Positions 14,201 to 26,448 of a stretch of 64,000 nt of DNA are shown piece after piece. Source of the stretch: Anthoceros angustus (taxonomy: Eukaryota; Plantae; Anthocerotophyta); NCBI GenBank assembly GCA_010909165.1, contig MU008159.1:2108001-2172000 (forward strand). Direction: 5' to 3'. Both the position numbers and the translations under genes were made by a program. How positions within the stretch are numbered: the first letter of the stretch is position 1; each line of letters starts with the position of its first letter. Below the pieces are notes generated by a model, which ran no database searches, was not told where the DNA came from, and saw nothing but the letters and a program-made list of their open reading frames with translations.

Positions 14201-16815
14201 ATGTAGGTGTAACGATGACATTAGCATTGGGTTTCACACGTAAGCTTATTGTAGCTGGTAATGAAGTGCCTTCGGATGCGTTATAAAATGAAGCTGGATG
14301 AATATCTACAAGTGGATCTTTGAAGTTCACATTCAAAAGCTTTCTTGAAGTATCAGGCTTTGTATTAGAAATAGCGTTTGACTCCGCAGCATCCATAATA
14401 GCTTTTCTAACCTCTGAAGGTCTTGCATCTGGATTTTTTTGCAAGTAAAGAGCTGATGCTCCAGCCTAGCATGATCAAACTTTTAAAACTAAAATGAGAG
14501 AACAATTCAAATGCAGGTTATTAACTGACAAGGAATTTATTTTACTAAGAAGACTTGTAGGGGCGTAGCAAAATAAATGTATCTATAATACATGTACATG
14601 TCTTTACATTATGTATTTAAGAACATAAATTCATATATAAAGTACAACAAAAAGTTAGAAGAACAAAATACCACGTGAGGACATGCCATTGAAGTTCCGG
14701 ATAGAATTGTGTAGGCCGTATCGCTGTCTTTATAGGAACTTACAATCAATTCTCCCTGTATATACCAAAGCAAAGTTTCTTCTTGTAGTATAAATTCAAC
14801 ATCACTTAAACTCAACAATTAGACCCCATCTATATAATCTAAATTATAATATTTTCAAGCGAGTCATAGATCAATTAGTCTTGTGGTTTTCATGGATATT
14901 TCCTTCTACATCTTGGATAGGTAGTCCTTAGATATATATCATAAATATTGATATATATTTTTATATATATTAATATATTTTTAATGATAATAATAATATA
15001 TGTTATCAATAGAATGACAAACTATACTTACAGGTGCAAAGATTGTCATACATGTTCCAAAGTTGGAGAACCAACTCATTGTGTTGGTTTTTGTTGAGGA
15101 CCCCACAGAAATCACTGAAGATGCTCGTGATGGTGAATAGTTACATGCAGCTTGGACAAAATTCCCCGATGCAGCAATCTGTGTGAATTGATTTTAAAAA
15201 ATTAAAAAATGAGTTTTGAGCATGATCAATATTAGTGGTCATTATGTTCTTAGAAGAAACTATTTTAGTGGAATAATCTTTTTTATATATCATAAGATTG
15301 GAAAAAGGGCAAGCACACAAAACACCCAGCTAATCTAACATTTATAAAAGAAAAAACTCTTACAGCGATTATTCCAGTGTGATTCACCAGGTTGTTGACT
15401 GCTTGATCAATACTTATGGAAGCTTGAGTGGCTATTGACATGGATACCACCGCAGGACGTATTTGATTTTTTCCTATCCATTCCAAAGCTGCCATAATTG
15501 CTCCATATCCTCCGCTTCCATCACACCCCATAGCCCGAACGGGATGTACAAAGGCATGTTTAGCAACTCCATTTCGTAATCCCACGGCAATTCCTAGATT
15601 CAACATTTTCAACATGAAACATGGAAGCAACAATATATTCTGTTCATATTTGATACGACGAAATATGTTTCACTCATTTCTTACATATGTTATCTAGACA
15701 TATTCATATAACGAAAAATGTATCTAACCTGCACAATGGGTCCCGTGTCCATTACAATCATTTGTGCCTTGGCCATCACCAATTCCATCAAATCCAGAGA
15801 GACATCTTCGCAAGGGTGTCCCACTCTTGTCTTTCCTACCATCTTGATAAAGGAATTCTTGATGAGAACATCTAATTCCCTACATATAATTATAATTATT
15901 ATTGAGTTATAATTATGTTGTTGCTTGTAATATCAAATACAGTGTTCATATATGTAAAGTACATACCGTGTCTAAAACATATATGTGTACACCTTCTCCA
16001 GTAGCTGTAACATTATAGAGCTGATCTAGATAACTCTCCCCAATTTGATGATCAATTCTATCAAGACCCCAATTAGCTGGGTTTTTTTGAACTACACCCG
16101 CAGCTAGTCTTAGAGTACCCTCAACTTCAACTTGATCAATCTCATCACCCTTCACATTTAATAATTGAACTAGATGTTCCCCACTAATTACTATTAACAT
16201 ACCAAGCCAAACTTTCTTAAATCTGCAAAGAGTTTAGTTTGTTCATTTGAAATTTTAAACAATATTTTTTATTTTTACTTCCTCATATATGAAGTAAGAG
16301 CTAATTTGAGGACTAATATAAAAAAATAAAATCTTGCCTTAGAAGAAAATTAAAAATATATAATGACAGTCAAAAACATACTTTTGAGAGCAATAGCCTG
16401 AGTATGTCGTATCAGCTTCGACTAGATTACATATGTCATCAACTTCACTAGAAGCTACTCCATTTTTCAGCCTTATGAGATAGCTACAAGAATATTTCAG
16501 CTATATATTTTAGCACATGTTTTTTTTCCCCCTCTTTGAACTTAAAAAACACAGATGCCATATTTTGCATTCAATCACAAACCTAGTTGGTGTTGTTTGC
16601 TGTTCAAGATTAGATTGATCATTGCCATCATTATACTTTGTTCCACAATTATAGAGCTTGGAACTTATACCCTTTCCCAGAGTACACTTGGTATAACCTC
16701 CTTGCACTAGACCAATATATCCAAATGTGATGGAGACAATTGTGAATGAGATGAGTGCAACTATGATTCTGAAAATTGTTGCACCACTCATTCCAACAAT
16801 AATAGTCTTAACCAT
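8271..16815 (-). CDS. Large membrane-anchored proteinase K-type (S8A) subtilase with I9-like prodomain, PPC-like domain, four TSP1-like repeats, Cys-rich/EGF-like repeats, TM helix and cytoplasmic tail; about 25 exons
   Basis: Catalytic triad motifs: [17 protein letters not shown] (Asp, ~15970-16080), [11 protein letters not shown] (His, ~15730-15765) and [10 protein letters not shown] (Ser, ~14672-14705), plus the oxyanion motif ASGN (~15165). TSP1-like [45 protein letters not shown] and [15 protein letters not shown] helix [22 protein letters not shown] (~8800-8870). Confidence 0.85.
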
Positions 16816-17702
16816 ATTCGTGTCATGTATAGCAATATAGGTGTTCCACGGAACATGCTTGACCCCTTAAATATCTTTTTATGGTTTTAGAGCTTCTTTG
16901 TTAAACCTTTCCATGTTGGCCCAAGTAGCTGCATATCCTACTTTATGGACCCAATCTTAATTGATTCCATACTAAAATGACCACATCATTGGTTTTAAAT
17001 CTTACTGAGCCAAGTAAGGTCTTGTATTTTGACTACCCAAATTTGACACTTCCATGAATTTCCAATATGCACATCAAATACTGTTGGTTCTACAATTTGG
17101 TGCAATAAAAACGTACCAGTCAACTCATTTGATTTGTGTTTTCCGATTATCAGTCTAAATGTTGATGAGAAAAGATTACTAAGCTCATTTCTCATCAACA
17201 TATGTCTCTCAACCATCAACTGGATTTAAACAACGTTATGTCATTCATGTAGTTAATTTAGCAGACAATGATGAAAAGCTCCTATATTGAAGAAAAATGA
17301 TAGTTTTGAGGTTTGTTCCTGCCTCTTTATTACAACTATTTAATATTTAGCATAAGTTATATTCAAAACCAACAAAATCTACCTCTTTTCATATGGGCTG
17401 CCTTGGTGGAGTGGTAGAGGCAAACCCACACTATTTTTCCTCAACAATAGGTACTCAGAGTCCTAAATCACATCTTGCTAGTAGTGGAAGGAGCTAGTAG
17501 GTATATAAAAGAACTAGTTGGGTTTGGTGCTATACTTTAGTACCTATGGATATTCAAACTTTACTTCACTTCACTTTTAAGCCATTGGATAAAAGGTTTT
17601 TCCCTTGAGCTTAATTTATAAAATCTAGATATAATTTTAATAAAAATATATTTTTTGTTAAATTTTCTTGTCCTTATTCAATGTATGTAATAAGGTATGA
17701 TA

Positions 17703-17765
17703 GAAGAAGAAAAATTCTATATTGAAGTCATTGATTTCATTTAAGTCACGGATTTCCGCCATGAA
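17703..17765 (-). repeat. Diverged copy A of the (GAA)n-tailed short element
   Basis: GAAGAAGAAAATT..TTTAAGTCACGGATTTCCGCCATG shares the tail and the hairpin core with copies B and C. Confidence 0.45.
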
Positions 17766-17980
17766 CTGGGCTCGGTACTGAAAACCGATACGTGTAGAGA
17801 GTAAACCGGCATGTGTAGAGCACTCATATGCTTTGGGCATTTGAGTATAGAGTCTACGCAGGTACCTATTTGCTTTCGTGGCAAAAGGGGTTGACTAGTT
17901 AATGTTTATTTTGTTGGTGTGGAACGGAAGATCGGTGCGTGCAGCGCTTTCCATCTTTGTGCCGCTGCGAGGAAGGTGAG

Positions 17981-19141
17981 ATGGATTCCAGTATGTCTGA
18001 GGAAATGCGGGAAGACTGCGTGCTTTTACTGTTGCTGAAGGCTGATCCGAAGCCTTCTCCAGAGAGAAGCGGGGAAATGGATCCAAATGTATGGAGCAGA
18101 CTTCCCGACAATTTGTTGGAGGAGGTGGTAAGACGACTGCAGACCCCATCATATTTCAGATTCCGCGCAGTCTCCAAACCGTGGGCAGCACTGCTCTCTT
18201 CTCCCGAGTTTCTGCGTCGCACCACAGCAGGCTGCCATCCGCCCCGCAGCCTGTCCATTTGTGGATCTGTAGTGAGCCTTTCTAAGGATGTGGTGAGACC
18301 TGGCAACGTTCGCAAACTCCGGCTCCCTTACTCTCCCAATCTTTACCCTTGCTGTACAGGGGGAGGGCTCATTTGCTTCCGCAGTACGTCGGTCAGTTTC
18401 CAGCTGCATGTTTGCAACCCTCTAATAAGGACATGGAGGCAACTGCCAGAGTATGAAACCCTGTATCACTGTGTCACCAGGACCACTTTGATTTTCGACA
18501 GGGATTTCAAGACATACAAGATTCAGGTCACATGTCGAAAGGAAGGAGCACATGAGAATGAGTGGGCCATTTGCATCTACGACTCTAGCCAAAATTCTTG
18601 GAAGACAGTGCCATTGCAACCATGCCGGGGCATGGAGTTTGCCCATGTGTTCTGCAACGGGATGATTTATTGTATTGACTCACAGTTGATGTTGTGGTCC
18701 CATGACATAGCCGAGGGGGTTTGGAGGCAACTCCCAGTTCGGCGGCCAGCAAATGTGTTTGAAAGGCATATTTCTCTTGAGGAGCACTGCGGGTCTCTTT
18801 TGCTGGTTGGCTTTCTAAGCAACTCTCTCACCAGCTATGCAATATGGAAGTTGGAGGAGACTCACGGGGCTTGGATTGAGGTGGCTGTGTTACACAAAGA
18901 GCAAATGATGGACCTCTTCGTTCCTTCTGCTGAGCGTGAACAATGCTGGAACTCCATATCATTGGGGGATTGTTTTTTCCTGCATATTTGGATCAGTGTC
19001 CCTAGAAGTCGCAGCAAGGGCATGTTAGTCTTCAACTTTGAGCAAAACATGTGGCTGGCTTGGGCGATTGATTTCGGAGAAAAGAGTACGAGTCTCCGAT
19101 TCTTTTATCCTTGCGATCCGAGGCTGGACCATGTTCCATGA
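17981..19141 (+). CDS. F-box protein (F-box/kelch-like C-terminus), intronless
   Basis: 400-aa ORF containing WSRLPDNLLEEVVRRL..FRFRAVSKPW (F-box), then GGLICF..VCNPLIRTWRQLP and YDSSQNSWK repeats. First in-frame ATG at 17981. Confidence 0.88.
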   Translation: MDSSMSEEMREDCVLLLLLKADPKPSPERSGEMDPNVWSRLPDNLLEEVVRRLQTPSYFRFRAVSKPWAALLSSPEFLRRTTAGCHPPRSLSICGSVVSLSKDVVRPGNVRKLRLPYSPNLYPCCTGGGLICFRSTSVSFQLHVCNPLIRTWRQLPEYETLYHCVTRTTLIFDRDFKTYKIQVTCRKEGAHENEWAICIYDSSQNSWKTVPLQPCRGMEFAHVFCNGMIYCIDSQLMLWSHDIAEGVWRQLPVRRPANVFERHISLEEHCGSLLLVGFLSNSLTSYAIWKLEETHGAWIEVAVLHKEQMMDLFVPSAEREQCWNSISLGDCFFLHIWISVPRSRSKGMLVFNFEQNMWLAWAIDFGEKSTSLRFFYPCDPRLDHVP

Positions 19142-20184
19142 ATGCAACTAGTTACTCACTGGAAGTATTGGCTGCAGGTGGATGGGGTTCAATGTGGTTG
19201 AGTGTGTGCCTACCCTGCCATCCAAGGCTATGTTAATATAGTTTCCTCCAATCTTGTAAATATTGTGATATCAATACACGGCGTGATTACTCTGTGCAGG
19301 AATGGGCAAGGATGCGGTCTGCGCTTCAGTGTTGGTGAACTCAGACCTATGAAAGCGACTGGTCATTTTCGTGAACGAGCACCCGAAGAGCAGCAGAAGC
19401 TCCCAAAGCCGGAAGCTTTCCAGATTCATTCAATTGTACAGAACTTCATACCTATCAATAAGAATCATCAGCCAATGCGTAATCCTACAGTATCATGGTA
19501 GTACAACAGCCTTCAGGATGCGGCTTGGGGTTTCCCTGCCACATGCACATCAGGTCAGTCACAAGAAAGTGATGGTTGGCAACGCCGCGCTGCCATGAGC
19601 AGGCACTCGGGCAGCTACTAAACATTACAGACTGCGACATGATACTGCTAGAGGAGGATAGGAAAGTTGTTCGTGAGAATATTGCATTGGCTGTGTTCCA
19701 AGACACCATGGATGACATGACCTCATTTTCTTTCAAACCAAACTTGAAACTCTTCAATTTCTTACAGTGAGCCGACGGCACATGGTTAAGTCTGGTTGTC
19801 ATGAACATCAAAGCCAGCACCAGTCCATGCATCCTCGAGTGCCCTGTGCCTGGACTGCACAAGTACACCCTTGGCTCGTCCAACTCCACGTCCTCGGCCC
19901 CTGATTGACACATGTTGTCCAGGGCTGACTCTCTTCCCAGATCCTGGTGAGTTGATAGGGCTGTCGAAGGCCGACGGTTCTTGAAGGTCATGGGGGGTTG
20001 ATACTCCTGTGGCAGTATCGCCATCAATTTGAGTATTCGCATTTCCAGATCCATTTCCTTGAGGAGTATTCCTCGTTTTAACATCAACTTCCTCCTGCGA
20101 ATGTGGTAATATGCAGCACTGAGTCAGCTCCTGGACGTCACCGAAGTCATGTTGGGCACTGCCGACAAAGGCCCTCCTTATGAA

Positions 20185-21481
20185 TCTACTGAATAGAGCA
20201 TGCGACTCTGGGAGACCGACTCATCTCACTCGATCCTGCAAGTGATTTCGTTTCTCATGAGAGTCATGAGAAGACTATTAAGCAGACACACCTACACGAG
20301 AAGAAGAGAAACTGGCTCTAACCGTACTCTTGCTGTTGTCCTGCGCCACCTGCTCAGTGGCAGCGACATGAGGCTGGATGCCGTTGCCAAAGATCTGCTC
20401 CGTAGCCCCACCCAGACCCGGGTTCAAAGCCTCAAGCCTTCTAGTGAGATCTTCTAATCTCGAGTACTGAGCGGCGGCACTTTCTTGTACCTGGGAAAGG
20501 GAAAATCAGAGCATCAGCAGTCTCCAATGACATGAACTTAACAGGACAAGAAAGCCAGAAAGGGATGAAGGGAAAGTACCAGGCGGTTAAGATCATCGCA
20601 GAGTGTAGCTTTGTAGTGCTCCTCGTCTTGCAGTACTTTGGCTGCTGCTTCCCAAGCCTGTGACAGCAGAGTGGCTTGACCTGAATTTCCACAACGCTCA
20701 ACTTACTCTTGCTGCAAATTTCACGAAGACACTTGCCTTCTTAGCCTGTGTTTCTTTAAGTTTTGCTGCTTTGATTCTGTCGGCAGATTGCTCTATCTTT
20801 TTGCGCATATGCTCAAGAGCTGGCAGTTGGTCACACTCCAACAGACCGTCAGACATTCCAGCAGGCTGCCATTTTGTACTGGAAACATCAACTCGATTCA
20901 ACAAAACGCACCTGCTTTCTTGGGCCCAGCAGTAAGCTTGACTTCCATAGCCAAACCCGACAGCTCTCTCTCCACATCTCGAATCTTTGAGTAGTTATCC
21001 TGAATATATCTGGCAAACCGTCCGTCAGGTCAGCACTCAGATCTCATCCGACAAGTTGGCTTTGCCAGGACTTGTTGGGCCAACCAGGACTCACTTTCTT
21101 AATTGCTGCTCCTTCTCTTCCAGAATCTGCCACGGAATAGCAACTCAGCTAGGCTTTCTGGATAAAACAATGTAGGTAGCACACGACACTTGCCATCAAA
21201 CACGATCTGCAACAGACAGGCCACACATGGGAGAGATCACAAGTAAAGCACGAAATACCTACTCTCCCGCTGGGGATAGCAGAACTGGTAGGTCTCAAAT
21301 CTTCAATCAAGCAAAAAGATCGTATTTTCATACACGTCCCACACCTCCAGAATCATGAGCATCACACACTGCCCGCAATGCAGAGCAGGGAACCCACCTT
21401 CTCTGTCAAGGCGATGATCGGAGCCTCTGTGGCAATGCCATCCGCGCCCATCCCCGGCGTCAGCCCCGGATTGGAGCCCAT
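20185..21481 (-). CDS. Coiled-coil protein, DUF662/RAB6-interacting golgin (GORAB)-like; 3' end approximate
   Basis: Spliced reading: MGSNPG..EAPIIALTEK / ILEEKEQQLRK / IQDNYSKIRDVERELSGLAMEVKLTAGPKKA / LEHMRKKIEQSADRIKAAKLKE / AWEAAAKVLQDEE..LCDDLNRL / VQESAAAQYSRLEDLTRRLEAL. This resembles a conserved plant coiled-coil family recalled from memory. Confidence 0.7.
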
Positions 21482-23021
21482 CGCCCCCAGATCCGCCCAC
21501 CGGCCTCAACCAAAATGAACTAGTTGAGTAGCAGCATCGGCACGAGGTACACGCCACAGTCTGTCAATGCGAGAAACTGTGTGGGCCGGCCGGAAGAAGC
21601 ATGTCACGCAGTTAGCTTAGGCAAAGCTTTGCCCTTTGCCTGTTAACTTAACCCTGAAGCCACGAGCAGGAGCAACGAAGCTCCCGAGCCCCCCGAGCCT
21701 TGTTATGGCTTCGTCACACTGTCAGTGGATTTTCGCGGCAGTTGCTCGGACTGCGATGTGATCCTCTTTCTGGCTCACTTGCAACGGATAGTCTAGGTCG
21801 TGCGGGTGCGATATGGCTCAGGACCGGTCAGGTTAGTTGAAATTGAGGTGCTTTTGGGGCAAGCTACACATTGTTTTATCGGGCTGCCCTCCTTCTGACT
21901 GTAGTCTTCCTGTGGTGGCAGCTTGATTGTTTGGTCACAGAAAGAAAACCTGCACCGGAAGAAGACCTGCACCCTTCGCTCTCTTCTGGCACACAGCCGA
22001 GGGCAAGCTTTGAGCAATCATAGGGATGCGATGAGCATGGATGCCTTAAGCACGCCCCGCCCCGTCGAGGTAGGGTTCTGCCGAGGAACACCTGTGGAGA
22101 GTTTCATCTTGGGCTTGTTTTGTCTTTAAAGAAGTTCACAAGCTTTACAGTTGAGAGTTTTTTTTTGGTTCTTTCTTTGGTGCTGTGGTTTGTGGGTTTA
22201 GTTCAGGTGACACTCCACACCCAGGGGTCACCGGCTAGTCGTAAGCTCAGTGCTTCGTTGTCTTCTTGATGAACACGATGGTGTCCGCAAGTATGTCCGT
22301 GCCTCAGAGATTTCCTGTGAGTGATGAACTATCTTGTGGTGTCCTATGGCATCCAAGGCTGAAGCTTCCGCCTTCAAATGATTCAAGTTTGCAGGGCTGT
22401 GTGAGTTTCCTAGAGTCAGCCCTGTGGATTTCAGCATCAGGATGTTGGCAAATCAGTCTACAGCATCTTCAAAAGATGGTGAAATCTTTTGGTATGCACA
22501 CGTACAGACTAGCTAATACCCGATAATGTGGTGTTTCCTTGCTATCCGGAATAGCAAACTAGCTGAAGATGTCTCTACCCACAGCTGAAGATTGTCCAGA
22601 ATACACCTCTGCGAAAAAATGCAAACAAGCCAGTGTTGTGTCTGTCGTTCACCTGGTGACACTTCGTAAACACTTCCAAGGTGCAAAACTTGTGAGAAGT
22701 GGAGTAGCTGGCCCAGCGTCTGTGAAAGAAGGGTGGGGAGCAACTGGCAGGAACGTAAATATGGTACAAGGAAACTACCTACCATCTACAGTATTTATAC
22801 AGCCAGGGCCGTCGAGTCCGTGCGTTACGCTACGCTACCCACTACCCACTATGTGTACCAGGCTATTACCTACCCCCAGCTCCAACGGCTCCCTCTGATA
22901 ACATCAGCCAAGACTGTTTGTTAGCAAGCCCTGCAGCCCTGCCTCTTCTGTGGCTTTGTCTGTCTTCTTTCGTGTCAGTTGCTCACCACCCCCATCCCAT
23001 GGCCTCGCATCGCAGTTCAAA

Positions 23022-24884
23022 TCACGCCCTTCCTCGCCTGCTCCTTGTCGCTACTCCAGCTGTAGCCCCACCTGCTGACGCTAATGCTACTGCAGCTGCC
23101 TCCACCTTCTCCCACTCGAAACGGCCCGGAAGTGGCACCTCGTTCACGGGATCAAAATTGTATCTGCACGAACGCACGCCCGCAAGTGGCAAAATTTTCA
23201 AAACACGGACGCGTCAGTGCAAGCAGAATTGGAAACGGAAGCGGAAACAGAAGAACCCAAAGGCGAGACTGACAACTGACTAGTGCCCAACAACTCACTC
23301 ACCCTTGGGAGAAGCGTTGACGCTCCCGGTCCTCGGCCGCAGCGAAAAAGTCCTCCAGCTCGGAAGCGGATGGAGCTTCGAAGAGGCGGCGGTGCGAGGC
23401 GGGTCGCCAATCGGCAGCCCCGTTCCCGATCCCGTTCCCGTTCCCGTCCTCGTCCCCGTCCCTGTCTCCGTTCCCGTCCTCGTCCCCGTCACGGGAAGTG
23501 CGCAGGCGAGAGCAGGACTGCGGGGCGTCGCCGTCCTGCTCTTTCCGGTAACTGGTGGGCGTGCGTTCCCGAACGTTCCTGGACCTGGCGCTGCTGCGTG
23601 TCCACGGCCGCGATCTGTCAGCCACCACACGAACTCAAGAAAGGAAAAGGAAAGGAAGGGAAGAGAAGGGCAAGCAAGGAAAGGCAAGCGAAGGCAAGGC
23701 AAGGAAAGGCAAGCGAAGGCAAGGCAAGGGCACACACACACAACATACTTGGCAGCAACTGCAACTGCATCGAATTGCGCAAACCCGTGTACCTGGCAAG
23801 GTCCATGGCAGAGTATCCGTCCTGCTCGGCGTTGTCACCAATTGCGTTCTCCCCGCAAGACACCTCCACCTCCACCTCCACCTGATGAAGAAGAAGCCAG
23901 GTCATAGATGGGGAGAATTCTCAGAACACGCATTTGCTTCTGTCTGCCTTTCTCGGACAAGGCCAAGTGACAGCTCAATCGTTCGGACAGCAACAGCAGG
24001 GAAAAAAAGGAAGTTGTGTGCAACAAGTTTCCTTGTAGAGAGAAAGGAAGCATGGGGCCCGCTGCGCTGCCTTGCGCCCACAACTCAAAAAATCAGGTTC
24101 AGATTGGGCGAGAGCCTAGCACCGAACCCGAACACCCGAACACCCGAACACCCGAACACCCGAACCCGGCCAAAATGCCACTAACCTCAGGGCTTTGGAG
24201 ATGAGCATCCGGCACGGCCTCCTCCTGCTGTCGCTCTTGCTGATGCTGGAGCTCTCTGGCTTTGTCTACTTTGCTTCTCGCATTGCTGCGGGTGTTGGGG
24301 GCTTTCCGCTTTGGCTCAGGCTCAGGCTCCGGCTCGGGCTCGGGCTCGGGCTCAGGCTCCGCCGCTTCCCCGCCTTCCGCGGCTATGGAGTCCCTGGCTG
24401 ATGCGGCGGCCGGCCTGGTTCTTGGGTGCCTGGCTTCCTTCAATTGGGCGTTGCCGCTGCTTCTGGCCTCTGAAATTACTCTGGCTTCTGCGGAAGCGCG
24501 GCGTCTGATGTTCATTGGCCTGTCCGGCGCTTCGCTGGCCTTGTCCGCCTGACTCTTCCTGCTGCGCAACAGGTAGCAGGTGGAAGTGGAATTGGGCTCC
24601 CCAGGCTGCTTCCGCTTCTGCTTTTGCTTCTGCTTCTGCTTCTGCTTCTGCTGCGGCTGAGCCTGCGTGGGCGTCGGCGGCTGATCGTCCGTCGGAACCG
24701 GAACCGGAACCGGAACCGGAGCATCCTGTCCGGCGGACCCCTTGGCTGCCTCCTCCTGCTGCTTGCGATCCAGTTCCAAGGCCAGAGTTCTGGCTCGAGT
24801 TCGCACCCCCGTCGTCCCTTGTTGCGTCACATCCATCACGGCCACTTCTTCCACGCTTTTCTGCTTCCTCATATACTTGCCCAT
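23022..24884 (-). CDS. KRP: Cyclin-dependent kinase inhibitor, ICK/KRP family, 4 exons
   Basis: N-terminal MGKYMRK..GVRTRAR, YLLRSR and VEVSCGEN motifs, RERTP, and C-terminal PSASELEDFFAAAE..RFSQ/GYNFDPVNEVPLPGRFEW. Exons ~24884-24186, 23886-23789, 23617-23304 and 23164-23022 have compatible phases. Confidence 0.9.
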
Positions 24885-26439
24885 GCTAGCTCGTCATCCA
24901 CACTCTCCAATTGCACCGCCCACAATGCGCAAATCGGCAAGCAAGCTACGTGTCGTCCCACATCTCTAGCTGCAAGCCCTTGGCTACGGACATGAACCCT
25001 CGCCGCCTCCAATCTGCTCGCCTGTTATCCTGGCCACGCAGGGTGTCGCACACGAGAGTTAATCGACAAGCCGCCGGGAAGCGAGCACGGGCTTTGTAAG
25101 CAGACGAGGGAGGAGAAGGAAGTGCAGCCGGTGTTGATGTCCGGATCATGACGCACTCACGCACCCTAGGCTCGAGCTTGCAAGATACACCTCCTCACAG
25201 CAGTCCTGCCCCTGCTCATACGCAACACAAGCAGCGGTGCGTCAGTCCAAGGAAATCGGACAACACACAGACCAGTGCGACGCTCAACAAAAAACCACAA
25301 GATACCTTCCGATGCCCAATTGGCCATGGGCAGAGACGCCGAACACAGGGACAGCTCCAGATGACTGATTGCTACTTGAACCCAGAAAGCGACCGCGAGA
25401 GCTAGCCCAGCTGGAAGCCTGAGAAGCACCTGCAGGGCGAGGGCGATGAAGCAGGCGGGTGAGGGCAGCCCAATTCGAAGCTCCCGACATCGGGAGCCGG
25501 GCAAAGAAGGCAAGCAGGGCCGTAAGCAGGAACAGAGAACGTTCGCAGAAATGACGACATGGTGGATCACGCAAGAGATGTACAAACGGGGAGGTGGCCC
25601 ACGCCTCCCATGCACGCGCACAGCAGCAGGCAGGACACTAACTGCCCAAGCAAATCCAAGGACCACAGCGATCGATCCCATCGCCCGACGCACAGGAGGC
25701 AGACATGGACTTGGACACAAATTCAAAAAGCACAGCAGCATCCGCAACCGCGGCACTGACCCGAAGCAGCCGCACCAAACGGACGCGAGTGAAGGAGGCA
25801 GGAGGCGGGAGATTGTCCCGGGCCCGGGCCCAGCTACAGCTACAGAGCTTCAGCTTCAGCTTCAGCTTCAGGTAAAGCTTGAAAAGCCCATTCAAGGCCG
25901 AAGCTGCAGGGCGAAGGGAAGAGAAAGGAAAAACAGAAATGCTTGGACAGGAAAGGCAAGGCAAGGCCAGGCAAAGGCAAGGCGAGGCCGAGGCCAAGGA
26001 GGAAGAGGAGGAGGAGGAGAAGGCGCCCGGGGCGGGGCCAGGCAGGCTCCGCTCCCCTTCCCTCTCCTCCCCTCCCCTCCCCTCCAGAGCCGGCTCCAGT
26101 CCCAGCGCCCGGTCTAGACGTGGCCGCCGCCTGCGCGCAGGCGCACGGTAGCTGGGGGAAGGTGTAGAGCGGGCGGTCCCAGCCACCAGCGCGTGGGCCT
26201 ACAGACGTGATACGTTACATCATAGTCGTACACACAAACGGCTCTCTTCTGCCGGGTCCCATCACCGCCGCTTTCTTCATTAATGAGACGCCTAGGTGAA
26301 ACGCGTTTCACCCAGCCCGGCCCCGGTTAATGCCTCGCCTCTGGTTCGCGTCCGGAATGCCCCGAGGCTGGGCTGGGCCGGGTATTTCTTCCCGTTGGCG
26401 CCATTAAGAGGCCCCTCCCTCGGCCAGGGAATCTCCTAC

Positions 26440-26448
26440 CGCGCCAAA
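26440..26448 (-). promoter_or_regulatory. E2F-consensus site (TTTGGCGCG) upstream of the KRP transcription unit
   Basis: CGCGCCAAA on the + strand lies ~1.55 kb upstream of the KRP ATG in a GC-rich promoter-like block that also has TGGGCY site II-like motifs. This is a motif match only. Confidence 0.35.

Noticed and set aside
17393-17470. tRNA/SINE-like A-box (TGGTGGAGTGG) sequence
   Set aside because: No proper B-box or cloverleaf; too degenerate to call.
22205-22240. GGTGAC..GTCACC hairpin followed by CTAG, resembling a Helitron 3' end
   Set aside because: The hairpin-CTAG spacing (2 nt) and long loop do not fit, and no 5' TC end was identified.
25166-26186. Several 180-220 aa overlapping ORFs upstream of KRP
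   Set aside because: They consist of GC-rich, low-complexity microsatellite sequence open in many frames, and are better explained as KRP 5' UTR, intron and promoter.
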